NCBI GenBank assembly: GCA_910592345.1
Contig: CAJVPI010000137.1
Coordinates: 1-50,288, forward strand
Direction of reading: 5' to 3'
Source: Paraglomus brasilianum
Taxonomy: Eukaryota
DNA: 50,288 nucleotides
Each line of letters begins with the position of its first letter. The stretch's first letter is position 1. Positions 1-11,776 of this stretch are shown here, one piece after another. The translations under genes and the position numbers were made by a program. The notes under the pieces were generated by a model. That model was not told where the DNA came from and did not search any database. It saw only the letters and a program-made list of their open reading frames with translations.

Positions 1-879
1 TAAAGGCTAGTTTATAACGTGTATGATAAAATTCTGTTACATTAAATGCTTCTGATTGGATAAACGTTTAATTCGACCGATGACTCCGGAACGGAGGCGG
101 TCGAATTAACGGCAGTTGACTGTAGTAGACAAACAAACAAACTTTTAAGAGTTTTATGAAGGACTACAAGCGATGCTCTTGAGAGAAGTGGGTAATAAAC
201 AAACAGTCATAAGCAAACGTTGATAACCTGCGATCAATTGCCAATGGAGATAATAAACGTTATAATACCCATACATTTAACATTGAAAACTGTTAGTTAA
301 TATTTATTATAGATATTCTTATTAAAAGTTTCATTCCACTAACTCTGAAGTCATGTCAGATTCACTATACTTAGTTACTTTAGAAAAATCAGCACGATGA
401 AGAGACACTCTCAGTGAAGAGGATACTTGTAGAATATGAATGTAAACTATAGTAAGAAATAAAGCTCTGAAGATAGACAAAAAAGTAGAAGCAATGTAAG
501 AGTTCAAGAAAGAGGGAGTATGGGAGAGAAAAGTGGGAGAGGATGTATGGGTTTAAGGGATGTGAGTGCCTGTCTTCAAATGGCCATTACTCTTCAATGA
601 CTCATTTGTTTATTGAAATTTTTGACTATTTAGATTCACAATAAAGTAAAAAAAATTTTAGTCTAAGAATATGGTGCCCTATCATATATTCAATAAAACA
701 GAATTTGCAAAATTTTAGAAATTTTACATAAATCTTTTGGACAAGGTACATAACTTTTATTAATGGCCAAAGTGCAAATAACATAGTAATATTGTTCTCA
801 AAAATGCGTTACAAAATCAAGGGTCAAATTTGCCCAAAGATTGGCCTACAGATTAAGGGATTCCGTATATGTAAATTTT

Positions 880-1560
880 AATTATAACGGTCGTTTCTTG
901 GAGATAGGTTGCAATTGTGGTTGTTCAAAAATAATTCCGAGAGAGAAGTTTGCCGAGTTACGTGAGGCGTTTCAAGCTCTCTAGATCTGAGCAAGACATA
1001 TTTTTAATGGCCCAACTGAAAGCAATGAATGACGGGGAAATAACTGCCAGCCGACGTCTTAAAAAGAAAACGCGTACTAATAAAAGAACTTTTTATTATT
1101 GAGATTGCAATACGCTTCTTTTGAAAATATGTTAGGAATTGGTCGCACTCGCTTCGAAAACGTCAGAAATCACCTAGCGACAAATGGTATAATACCGCGC
1201 ATTCATGGTAATGTAAAAAGAGTGCCGCGATGGAAGACAAAAATAACCATTGATATTACCTGTGAAGAATTTTCTCGAGAATTACGCTGAAATACATGGA
1301 TTACCAAGTCCTGGTAGAAATGTCAATCGCATTACTCAATCGCTTACACTTTTGCCAGCCGAAACAAGTTACAAATCGGTCTATCGTGATTTTATTGCAG
1401 GTCTCGAAAACGGTAACACGTTGAAATATGATGCATTTCGCAAGTTATATTCAAATCATGAGTCCAAGAATTGATTTATGTGATATGTGCCAACATTTTC
1501 GGAGCGCTTACAGTATAATGCTCGTAAGGAAGAAGAAGCGAAAAATCTGTTGAAATAAAA
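880..1560 (+). pseudogene. Decayed transposase-like ORF (Cys-rich N-terminus), probably a DNA-transposon relic
   Basis: Frameshifted fragments read GCNCGCSK...EQDIFLMAQL...PRIHGNVKRVP...FLENYAEIHGLPSPGR...DLCDMC, interrupted by stops. This resembles repeat-encoded proteins of early-diverging fungi. Superfamily not assigned. Confidence 0.55.
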
Positions 1561-1619
1561 ATACAAAGAACATCTGGTTACGGCTAAAGTAGAAAGAAAT
1601 TATTATAAATAAAAAAGTA

Positions 1620-1850
1620 TTTCGTACTGTCAAAAATTTATGTTTGGGGGTGTTTTTCTGCTTCAGGGGTTGGCTAATTTTATGTGTAGTATTTATGAGC
1701 AGGGTCTTCTGGCTTCCGCCCATGAACTTTTTGGCGAGGGTAACATAGACTGGATTTTGCAAGAAGATAGCGATCCCAAGCACCGTTCGAAAATCGCAAA
1801 AAAATTGAAGGAGGAAAATAAGGTCAAGGTACGTCCTTGGCCGTCAATTT
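1620..1850 (+). mobile_element. Tc1/mariner DDE transposase fragment
   Basis: WGCFSASGVG followed, after a frameshift, by WILQEDSDPKHRSK...VRPWPS, matching the Tc1 QDNxPxH...WPxxSPDL region. Truncated. Confidence 0.8.
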
Positions 1851-2427
1851 TAGTTACAAAATTCTGTACGATTACATTACGCATTCGAACGAGCATTTTT
1901 GTGCAGAATTAATGCGTCAACGCCACGATATTATACTGTAATGTTGATCACGACTTGTGTAAATCAACGCGTCACCTAATGAGGAATAGGAACAGCAATT
2001 TCTACCTTTTTATTGATGTTAGCTATTTACTACTGAAAGGTGCTCGGAATTGGCTAGATGAGTATGTGTTGTCTGAGTTCCCAGTCACTTAGTCCAAAAC
2101 TCAGTTGCCCTGAGCAGGTCCCCAACTGAGGTACAACAAGTGCAAGTTGTTTTTTGTTAATAAAGCTATTTCGGTTGTCACAGAGGGTAATTACAAGAAA
2201 CATATACGGGTATTTGTTATTGAAGAAATTTATTACTCTCAACGCAAAATTTTAATGATAAAAGTGTTTAAGATAATGCATTTTAAATATTAAAGCTGCT
2301 GATTTAATGGGAGCCAATTGTTAATTTTTGAAAAGTTGGGCATTGACATGGCTGAAAAACCGACTTTGCTCAACTAATGTTTCAAAAAATTTATCTGAAA
2401 GCTGGTAATTATAAATCTTATCAAGAT

Positions 2428-2830
2428 TTAATAATTAATTCGTCACTATTGCTTTCAAGAACGAGCTTGCAACGGCAAGACATTGATTTTACAAAATTGA
2501 TTACAAAGCCATCTCTGCATCCTTACCCATAAATACACGTACCTAATTTTTTTCGGCTTTTGTATTTTCATGCTTTTTTAACAATTGCCTATAGATTTTC
2601 TATGAGATGGCCTATCCAACATTTCATGGAGCCCAAGTTTGCGTGTTTCGGGTCATTGTCTTGTTAAAACGTCAATGGCTCCAAGCATCGGTTAATGTGC
2701 TGCCAAGACAATTTTCGCGTAATATTCTGCGCCACACATTACATGTAAAAAGCAGGAGGTAGATGCGTTTGTGTTATGTGAAAAGGCTACGTTTCGTTTG
2801 TTACAGACTGCAACGCTTGTCAGACTAATT
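2428..2830 (-). mobile_element. Tc1/mariner transposase 3' relic (same family as about 45500-45900)
   Basis: Minus strand gives QDNDPKH, IENL*AIVKK and SMSCRCKLVLESN. Nucleotide blocks such as ataattaattcgt...gaacgagcttgca and gtgtttcgggt recur at 45504-45800. Confidence 0.7.
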
Positions 2831-3351
2831 ATAAATATAGTAATAACCACATGCATTTTCTTCTTAACCAAATAACCAGCATCACCATCACAATGTTCTT
2901 CTGCATACTGTACTCACCCGTAACACGGTTACATTGCTAATTCTTCTCATACGTCCCTCTGAACACCTCCCCCACAAGGTCTTTTATTATACAATTTAAT
3001 GAAAGGTTGGTTAAAACAAATTTCTGTAAGACAACTCAACTTGAAAGCTTTGTTTAATCACTCCAATGGAAACAAGCCTATTTAATGTGGCGTAAACACG
3101 GTAACTATGAGCACGGTCACGTTTAAAATTCCGACCAATCGGTGCATTTGCAATGATCACTCTCAGAGACTAAGTTTAATAACATCAAATAGTTAAGCCA
3201 CGAGAGTTATGATAACTAAAGAGATTACCCGTGCAAATGGTTAGATTATTTCTGTCTAAACTCAATATCGAGTGTTCTTGCAAATAGCTTGGCTTTAAGT
3301 TATAAGTCTCAGAATTCAGAAATTTAATTTTACTAACAAATTATAATTAAT

Positions 3352-3530
3352 TACACAGTGAAATTCACTTTAACGAAGACATTCGTTCCACGATTTTGCT
3401 TCGTTAACCTGAAAGTTCGCTTAAGTGAACTGTCTTTTTATATGAAGTATATGAATCCGTTCTGGAAAGAACTTCGTTATAAAGCGATCTTCGTTAAAGT
3501 GAGACTTCGTTAAGTGAATTTCACTATGTA
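3352..3530. mobile_element. About 180 bp pogo/Tc1-type MITE
   Basis: Left end tacacagtgaaattcactttaacgaag matches the reverse complement of right end cttcgttaagtgaatttcactatgta. TA at both ends and internal ttcgtt repeats. Confidence 0.8.
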
Positions 3531-3939
3531 TCATTATTTCCCACATTATTTATTGCAATAAGCAACGTTGAGAGTGGCATGCAGACTTAGGCCACAAAGC
3601 TAATATAAACACATTTGAATAATGGTTTGTCCTGATAGAAGGCAATTATTATGGAAACAGCTTTATGCGTCGCTAAGAGTATTAGTAACAAAGTTACACT
3701 TCCGCCTATATTCGTGGAGTACAATATCTCGTAAAGGTTGTACGAAGATACTATACAACGAACTCCGACCAATAGTAATTAGGCACCAAGTGGAGTGATT
3801 TTATTCCTCACATTATAAATGGGGGAATGTTCGTAAGGAGCGCAAACTACGCTCATATCTAACACACCCAAGTTTATTGAATAGCAAAATAAATAAATAA
3901 TGATAAATATAGGATCTCTATTACAATTTTGTTTCATTA

Positions 3940-5487
3940 TCAATTGACATGTTCTCTGAGTTCTTTTTCGACTATCCCTTTTGCAACTTTGTTCATCAAG
4001 CTGATTTGGTTGGCTACATCCCTCAACGCCTCCAATACTATTCCGTTGCCTTTTACAAAACCGTAGCAATGATACTCTATGCCCACTTCTTTGCAGAATT
4101 CCTTCACGTATCGCTGGCATTCCCTCAGATTATGCCTAGGTACCCTTGGAAACAAGTGGTGAATGGCCTGGAACTGTAATCCACCATGCAACCAATCCAA
4201 CCATTTTGGACAATCTACATCCATGCTTGTACGAAGCATCTTTGCAGCAAATGCTTCCTTTGGTCCAAGCTCTTCCGTTGACATACCGTAGTGTGAGAGC
4301 GTGATTTGTACATGTAGTAACACGGTTATCATATGAGATATTAAAATGTAGGGAATTATCAGGGAATACGGAAGACGTGAGAGAAGGTAAGAGAACCACA
4401 TCCAGTATAGTCCCATTGAAAATAGTTCTAGTTTCCTGAAAGCCACTCTTTGTTCTTTTAAAATGTGTGATATGGATAAAAAGTATAAATTGAATCTTCC
4501 AAAAGCTAGTACAGGATAGTATAATAAGTGTTGAAATTGGATAAAAAATTGTGCTGCTCTATCGAAATCGAGTACTCTTTCGTAATAAGTCGAATATATG
4601 CTTTGCACAAATTTAGTACTAACCGCGAAGAAGGGTAATTGCTGTAGGTCCGGATCATGTTCTATTTCGTTGGTGACTAGATGGTGAACGTAATGACTCT
4701 TTTTCCACCATGCCATACTCAGTCCGCCGCATAAATCGGCGGTCATTACTCCAATGATACCATCCACAGGCAGCAAATGCGTAATGCCATTATGACCAGC
4801 ATCATGGGCCGTGAATGCTATTTGATGCCAGAACGCACCAAGACATACAGCAGACATAAGGTAATGGAGAGTAGACGTGCCAGTCAGCGCGAAATACCAG
4901 GTAAGTGCGTAGAGTGTACCAAAGCGCATCACCTCATACATATAGTTAATGTAGCGAGTATTGTAGAGACCTTTGGAACGGATACGGGCGTCTAGTTTAC
5001 GATATGCTTCTGTTATACGTTCTTGGTGGATTAGATCTAGTTTCGCGTCGGAAGATTGTGTTGGTGGGGAAGTTGATGAAATGCGTCGAGTCGATGTTGT
5101 AGACGGTGTGATTGAGGATGTAATGGAAGACGTGATGGCTGATAATATAGGTTTAGCAATATTATTAACAGGAGTGTTGTCTAGTGTTGCTCTGTCTGCT
5201 TCTGCTGACGGTATGCAGGCATCTTCGTCCACATATTCGCCAATATAGAACGTGTGAATGTTCTTCTTCTTTACGTAATCGGGATGAAACGCATTAATTG
5301 CATCTGTCGCGTCCTTTCCGATCATATGTTTTATAGCAAGTTCTCCTCCCGGGTGAAACTTGAGCCATTTGTCCAATCTATACACCTTATTTGCATATAT
5401 GACTAGCGCCTGGTTTTGTTCCTTTATTCTTCTGTTGAGTTCTTGTGTCGTTATGTATTTTGAGGCATATTTATTTTCGCTGGGCAT
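3940..5487 (-). CDS. Cytochrome b5-fused front-end desaturase, most like fungal sphingolipid delta-8 desaturase (SLD1-like)
   Basis: HPGG cytochrome b5 motif, His boxes HDAGH, HYVHH and QAIHH, and EHDPDLQQLPFFAVS. The first in-frame ATG is at 5487 (the track start at 5574 is GTG). A short upstream exon is possible. Confidence 0.93.
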   Translation of the reverse strand: MPSENKYASKYITTQELNRRIKEQNQALVIYANKVYRLDKWLKFHPGGELAIKHMIGKDATDAINAFHPDYVKKKNIHTFYIGEYVDEDACIPSAEADRATLDNTPVNNIAKPILSAITSSITSSITPSTTSTRRISSTSPPTQSSDAKLDLIHQERITEAYRKLDARIRSKGLYNTRYINYMYEVMRFGTLYALTWYFALTGTSTLHYLMSAVCLGAFWHQIAFTAHDAGHNGITHLLPVDGIIGVMTADLCGGLSMAWWKKSHYVHHLVTNEIEHDPDLQQLPFFAVSTKFVQSIYSTYYERVLDFDRAAQFFIQFQHLLYYPVLAFGRFNLYFLSISHILKEQRVAFRKLELFSMGLYWMWFSYLLSRLPYSLIIPYILISHMITVLLHVQITLSHYGMSTEELGPKEAFAAKMLRTSMDVDCPKWLDWLHGGLQFQAIHHLFPRVPRHNLRECQRYVKEFCKEVGIEYHCYGFVKGNGIVLEALRDVANQISLMNKVAKGIVEKELREHVN

Positions 5488-5849
5488 GACTGGCTTCGAA
5501 AGGGATGAAGGAAAAGTGACTTTTTTACTAGTTACCACTAAGACCACGCAATTTGATAGATTAGATTCAGTCACTGATCGGCTTATATAGATTTGTGATC
5601 AATAAAGTGCTGCATATAAATAAATGGTCGGAAAAGGGGGCATACAGTAAAAACGGGAAGTGAGCAGGGCCTGATGGCATCATGTAAGGTTTTTTTTCCT
5701 AATTATTACGCATATCCACGTCTGTTTATAGGAACTGAATTTTAATTGATCACTAATATTGGTATAAATTAAGTTGTATCAAAGGGGGTAAGATCAGTTG
5801 TATTGTGACGCAAGTCTGACAAAGTCATCAGAATATCTTAAATATATTA

Positions 5850-6660
5850 TACGCCTGATCCCAACCCCCCCGCCAAGCATAAATCCTTGCAACCAAAACA
5901 ACGGAACTCAATGGAGTGAGCTGGTTAACACCTCATCACTTGCACGGTGGTCGGTTTGACTTTAATCATTACTCACTGTGGCCTAGCTGAGGTTTATCGC
6001 AGGAATGTTCGCTACATACAGGACCTTCCAAATTAGTGTTGCATGTTTTACGTGTGCGATCTGTCAGAATCATGCGACGGAGACGACCGTAACCAGGAGA
6101 CAAAACCGTACGGTCGATTTTACTGGATAATATTGTGTGCGTGCCAAGACGAACCACGTATGACAGAATGTTGCTATAGAAAGAACAAGAAAAAAAGATA
6201 ACGATCAGAACACAGACAAATGAACGATTGGCGTCGTGATAAGGTTAATAGCCATGCGAGGTGAAACAATGTGTTTTTCCGAGAATAGTAATTTCATCTT
6301 GCAAATGTAACGATTAAACATTTTAGAATTTTCTGAGAAACATCCTGAACGGGAAACCGAGAATTGGTTAGTACTCCGGGATGATTAGCAGAGTGAACAG
6401 TAAGATCAAACTTTATACGGCTGATTGGTGAAGACATTTGCTTATTCAGAGTAAAACAGTGAGCATAATAATGGTGCAAGCGATCTCCTAACCATTTGTT
6501 AAAAACACACTGACCGACGGGTTGGGTAAGCATGAAATTGGGCAACAGACTCCGGATACCCTGATGAAAAAAAAAAAAGATTTAGTTACGTATGAAATCA
6601 GGTTCTGGTTCGATTGTTAGCCAGACTGCGCATCATACGTAACGTCCATCGAATTGACAT
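5850..6660 (-). other. Putative spliced transcription unit without a long ORF (lncRNA, short-peptide gene or long 5' leader of the desaturase)
   Basis: Minus-strand splice signals: donors GTATGA (6638), GTCAGT (6514) and GTGAGT (about 5976); polypyrimidine-CAG acceptor at 6561; TACTAAC branch with CAG acceptor near 6345; polypyrimidine-TAG acceptor at 6174. Boundaries are uncertain. Confidence 0.4.
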
Positions 6661-8194
6661 ATAGGAACAAACGCTTTTTGTAATGTATTTTTATGGATTA
6701 AAAAACTACGCATTTGTCGATCTAGCAAATTGTGAAATCATGCGGCAAAGAATAGTTTGTTGGCTCTATTTAAGTAAAGTCTAACCGATGACTGCATGTA
6801 ACAGGGCCTGAGCGTTGGGGATGTGATCCACATGTAAGTCAAACGTGGCTGAATTGTATTTTCACTGTGCAACTGGCACATGTTTGGTATTTTAGCCCAT
6901 AGAGTTAGGTATTAGCGGCGCGTATGTTGAGTAAATACGTCATGTCAGAAGTTTAATGAGAATTATTAAACTTTTTTCTGTGTATCAGATCTAATATTGG
7001 GTTTCAGCCTTTCATTATTGTATCATCTTTTTACAGGAATCGCGTTATCCTATTATAATCATTGCATCCAATTTTAGCACAGTTTGTTCGACCTTTTTCG
7101 ATTCTCGATTTCTAACGGGGGGGTATTAATATTAAATCGGTGGTGATTCCACCTACTGTACATATTGGTAAAACACCAATTAAAGAAATGAATTTTAGTT
7201 GTTATTTGTTGCGCCGTTCGTTGTTATCGTTGTCGTTGCGCATTAATGGGCACTGATCGCCAACGGACATTCTATTTATAGACGACAGAGCCCCACGAGG
7301 CTGTTAACATCTTGTTATAGCAGCCAAGCCTTAATATACAAGCCGGGCCGGTAGGCTTCGTCTTGGGCAAATAATTTAACCTGTAATTGGACATTACGTG
7401 GGAGTTATATAGTGCAATTATATCAGTTATATCGATATGTGATTTCGGATATTTGTACTAATACTACTAATACTAATGCCATATCGCCCGAAACGCATTG
7501 CACAAAGGGGTTAACTACTAACGTCCAATGGGCTTAGTGGTAGAACCATTGCCACGTGCCTATCAATCATATTGTTCTCTCCAACATTAGTTGGACTAGT
7601 TTCTACCAATACTTTACTTTAATCCTTGTCTTACAATCACCCTTATCTCAAATTTTTCATTTCTCCCTTCGTAACATACTATTTTTGGAACATTAACCAT
7701 AAATTAACATCACACATTCTCCTTGTACTCGCAAATTAAAACCCAGTTTTAAGTTATTCATCTGTTATTCCCATCCCCCCTCTCCGCCTCCCCACTCATT
7801 GCTCTGGTAGCAGTAGCTAAATCCTACATACCCCCTTCCTTTAATCGAGAGAAAGCTCCCAGAAAAAAGTCCGCTTTTGATATTATCAACATCATTAAAA
7901 GTAAGGATAGGCATAGCCACACGAGCTAACTTGGGGGTATATTATCGTTCCCTGCCACACAAACAGCACATAACAACACCAAGGCCGTGACACGCTTCAC
8001 TACGCTCTTTTCAAATAGCACGGCAGCCTTACCTTCGAAAGACCTTTACGTTTAGCTTTCGTCGCTCGCAATTTGCCATAATCTTAGTAGGGTTCTTTCA
8101 CGACCGAGGCCTACATCCTCGAAAGGCGAGGTATACCTATAAACTGTCAAGTGACCTGATAAATAAACACTCAAACCCCCCCCACTTATTAAAT

Positions 8195-10571
8195 ATGGAC
8201 AACGGGGACGCTCAGGGGGCCAACCATAATGATCCAGTGTTTAGAGCAGTGGGAATATCACTCGCACTTGCTAGCGGTAAGTTAAGGAGGGATGGTAGTA
8301 ACGGAACGACAAGAAGGAAGAAAGAAGACTAGATAGTAGAAAACTGTAGAAATACACACAGAAAGGGTGAATTGATTAGCATAAAACACGTTCGATACAA
8401 CACATCCGCCTTATCTATGGGCCACGAGGTTCAATCTCGTAGCATACATGGTTTCAAGTTATCTGAGGATAAATATGAATAGTTGTCGATAGTTGGAAGA
8501 AAGTCCGTGACGTACCAATTAGCGTAAGATTATACTGAACTTTCTATGACTTGTCTTCAGGTCTTTTTATCGGCTCATCGTTCATATTCAAGAAGAAGGG
8601 TCTTTTGCAAGAAACGAATTCCGGTAATTGCATGCATTTCGAGTTCTACGTCCAATGATTGTCTGATATCTTACTTCTTTATTTTTCTCCTCTCTGTTCA
8701 ATAAAGGTGCCGTTGCTGGCCAAGGACATAGTTACTTGTCAAATAAATTATGGTGGCTCGGAATGATTTTAAGTAAGTGATTTTGAATCAAAAAAAAAAA
8801 AAAAAAGAAGAAATTTAATTACAACTATATAAGCTTGTATTGACCTTTACTTTATTACGAATATTCAGTGATTATTGGTGAATTGTGCAATTTCGTTGCA
8901 TATGCTTTTGCACAAGCGATTATAGTTACACCACTTGGAGCTCTCAGTGTTGTTATCAGGTATTTTCTCGACTTTCACAATTTGGTAAATAACTGATTGA
9001 ACACTATCCATGTACTCATTATTCTAAATATAACGCTAGTGCCGTGTTATCATCAGTATTTCTGAAAGAACGATTAAACTTACAAGGGAAAATTGGCTGT
9101 GCTTTATGTATCTTGGGTGCGGTAATGATTGTCATACACTCGCCTGATCAACAGTCTGCGAGTACCATTGATGAGTTCTCTAAACTCTTCTTTGCACCAG
9201 GTGAGTACATGACAATGTTGGTAAAAACTGATCAACAGAATGTTATCATTTATATTGACTAAAATTTATACGCTTTCTTCACTTTTAGTCTTTCTTGTAT
9301 ATACCTGTCTTGCGATTATAACATCAATAATAATCATCTGGAAAGTCGCCCCAAAATACGGATCCAAGAATATGCTCGTGTATATTGGCATATGTTCTCT
9401 CATTGGTTCTTTATCTGTAGTTACAACTCAAGGACTTGGTACTGCGATAGTCACCTCAATCATGGGCAATAATCAGCTCACTCATTGGTTTTTCTATGTC
9501 CTCCTTGTCTTTGTCGTGGCAACGCTTTTAACGGAAATCAACTATCTTAACAAAGCCCTCAATTTATTCAACACGGCTATGGTAACACCAGTCTACTATG
9601 TTACCTTTACCAGTCTGACAATTATCAGTTCGGCGATTTTATTCCAAGGTTTTACTGCACCTTTAACAAGCATAATTTCCGTTATACTTGGTTTTCTGGT
9701 GATATGCTGCGGAATATTGTGTCTTCAAACATCCAAAGCACCAGTTGAAGACGTTGAAAGTGTATTCTCACCCGATGACAAACGCCTGTCTCTCGTAAGT
9801 GATGGAAGCTACGAACCAGGTGCATCTGAAATACGTGCTAGTTTTGGCAGTCTTCGTCGATACTCTATGTCATTCAATCGGCCTCCAAATGGCAATGGTC
9901 ATCCTCAAAATGGCAACCATCGTCGAAGCGTGAGCCTCAATCTCAATGCTCGGCGAGGATCAAATGGATCTTCTGCTCTTCCCGTCATTTCCGAACATCC
10001 TGCGACCATAGCGGTGCCTAACCGCGGAGCAGGGAACAAATATGATTCCAGGGCAGCAGTCACACAGGGAGAAAATATATTCGGCCAAGATGTGGAATTG
10101 GGGGAAGCCAACAGGAGTTCGACAGTAAGGTTCAACGTGACACCTATCATTCACACATCTGCACCTAGCATTGATACGGAAAGTTCTCTTGAATCGCCAA
10201 CATCCGGAGCGAAATTGGAACTCCCTAATTTGCCTCCTCCATTATCGCCTCTTCAGCACCCAATTGATTACCTTAAGACTCAGGTTTCTTCAGGGACTAC
10301 CGCATTTACCGAGATACTGGATGAAAGCGCCAGGAGGAGGGATGCAGATAAGCATGGAAGTACTTCTTCGCGTAGATCACAGAATAAGCTCTCTGTATTG
10401 GATAGGTTTAAATTTGGAATGGATAAAGACAATGAAGACGCGGAAGAGTTAATGAGAAGGGACGTTGAAGCAGAATCAAGCACGAAGAGTGGGAAGAAAA
10501 AACAAAAAGGAACTTACGATTATGACGATGACGATGATGCGAACACATCTGGGACGCTCAGTCCAATGTAA
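8195..10571 (+). CDS. NIPA-family magnesium transporter with long disordered C-terminal tail; 6 exons
   Basis: Exons 8195-8276, 8561-8623, 8707-8772, 8869-8959, 9040-9200 and 9289-10571, all GT-AG. Spliced product includes GLFIGSSFIFKKKGL, WWLGMILMIIGELCNFVAYAFA, VTPLGALSV and YLNKALNLFNTAMVTPVYYV. Confidence 0.93.
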
Positions 10572-11776
10572 TTTGTAAGATTAGGGATATTGCTTATTAG
10601 ATACTACTTATTTGAGGCGTTGGGGGTCGCGGACTTGTACAACGACTTTTAATTGTGAATGCGAACTATCGTTTATTACTACAACCAACGCACTAGTTTT
10701 TATCGGATTCTTATTTTTAACTGTTTTAAAATCATAAATGCGTGATTGTATTATCTCTCTCTTTCATTGTAAATGGAGCTCGAATTGTACTTGAGACTAT
10801 TAATACAAACTAAAAAATATATATATTTACTGCAGACAGTGTGGATGGAATTAAGTGCTGTGTGGTATGTGTTGTGTAAAGTAAAGCTAACACTAGGTGC
10901 AGACACAAACTTTCGGTATATTTTCCTTGTAATTTAAAAACACAGAAGCGGTCCTTCACATAATTGAGATCCAAATCCGCTCATAGGTATCAATGTGGTT
11001 AGCATATACAATTGATATTCTGTAGACGCAGCTTAGTTGATAACCTTTACTTCTATCATGCTTTCGCAGTTCTGTTGAACATAGCCTTTCAAGATATTCG
11101 TGTTTATATTCTAAATTTAACGGCTAGGTATATTCGAATATCGTGATTCAAGTGATACGTCCCTAATCCCAAAAACTCTATGTTGTCGTGTTTTATAATA
11201 ATCTGTTATTGTTATGAACGTACCTCTAATACAAAATAATACTACCAATAACTCGTTGGCGAACATTTTTACCTTAATTGTCCAGAGATCGCAGTTGGGG
11301 AAATTTGTAACAAAACGCGTAGACATGCAAACTCGAGAACCGACTTATCGAGAGATTTTAAATATTAAAATTGAGAAAAGGGCTTGGGAAGTTTTGGCCT
11401 TCTTAGGCCAAAATTGAATCATCCAGAGACCGTCTTATCGTGTACAAAAAAAAGTCAAAGTCTATGGATTGCTCAACATGTAATGGTAAGAAGTGTACTT
11501 CTAGAATTAAAAAGTTGCGGACAGGAAAGAAGATAAAGCTGACTGTACGTGTTCATTTTACGCCCTATAAAAACAACAGTTTAAGTTAGTCGATTATCTA
11601 AATAAAGTTCTAGTATATTACTTTTTTTAATTCGCATATAGTGATGCACAATTGATCCTCCCATATTTGGTTTAAATTAATATCCAAATTTCCCACACTA
11701 CACAGCTTTTCTGCCAATCAATCATCTCAGTATTCCACTTTGCTCTTCTCCCAGCTAAAGCTCTTTCACATCACAT

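Noticed and set aside
5826..5942. Box C/D snoRNA candidate (GTGATGA...CTGA, minus strand)
   Set aside because: I could not identify a terminal stem or an rRNA-antisense guide. It would need snoscan.
6590..6615. GAACCTGAT (minus strand) resembling a TPP riboswitch in an intron
   Set aside because: The upstream CTGAGA and downstream TAATxCCxGCG elements are absent.
7523..7610. tRNA A-box-like gcttagtggtaga
   Set aside because: No T-loop (GTTCRA) and no cloverleaf.
8424..8442. T-arm-like hairpin acgaggttcaatctcgt in NIPA intron 1
   Set aside because: The register does not fit a tRNA T arm, and no D or anticodon arms are present.
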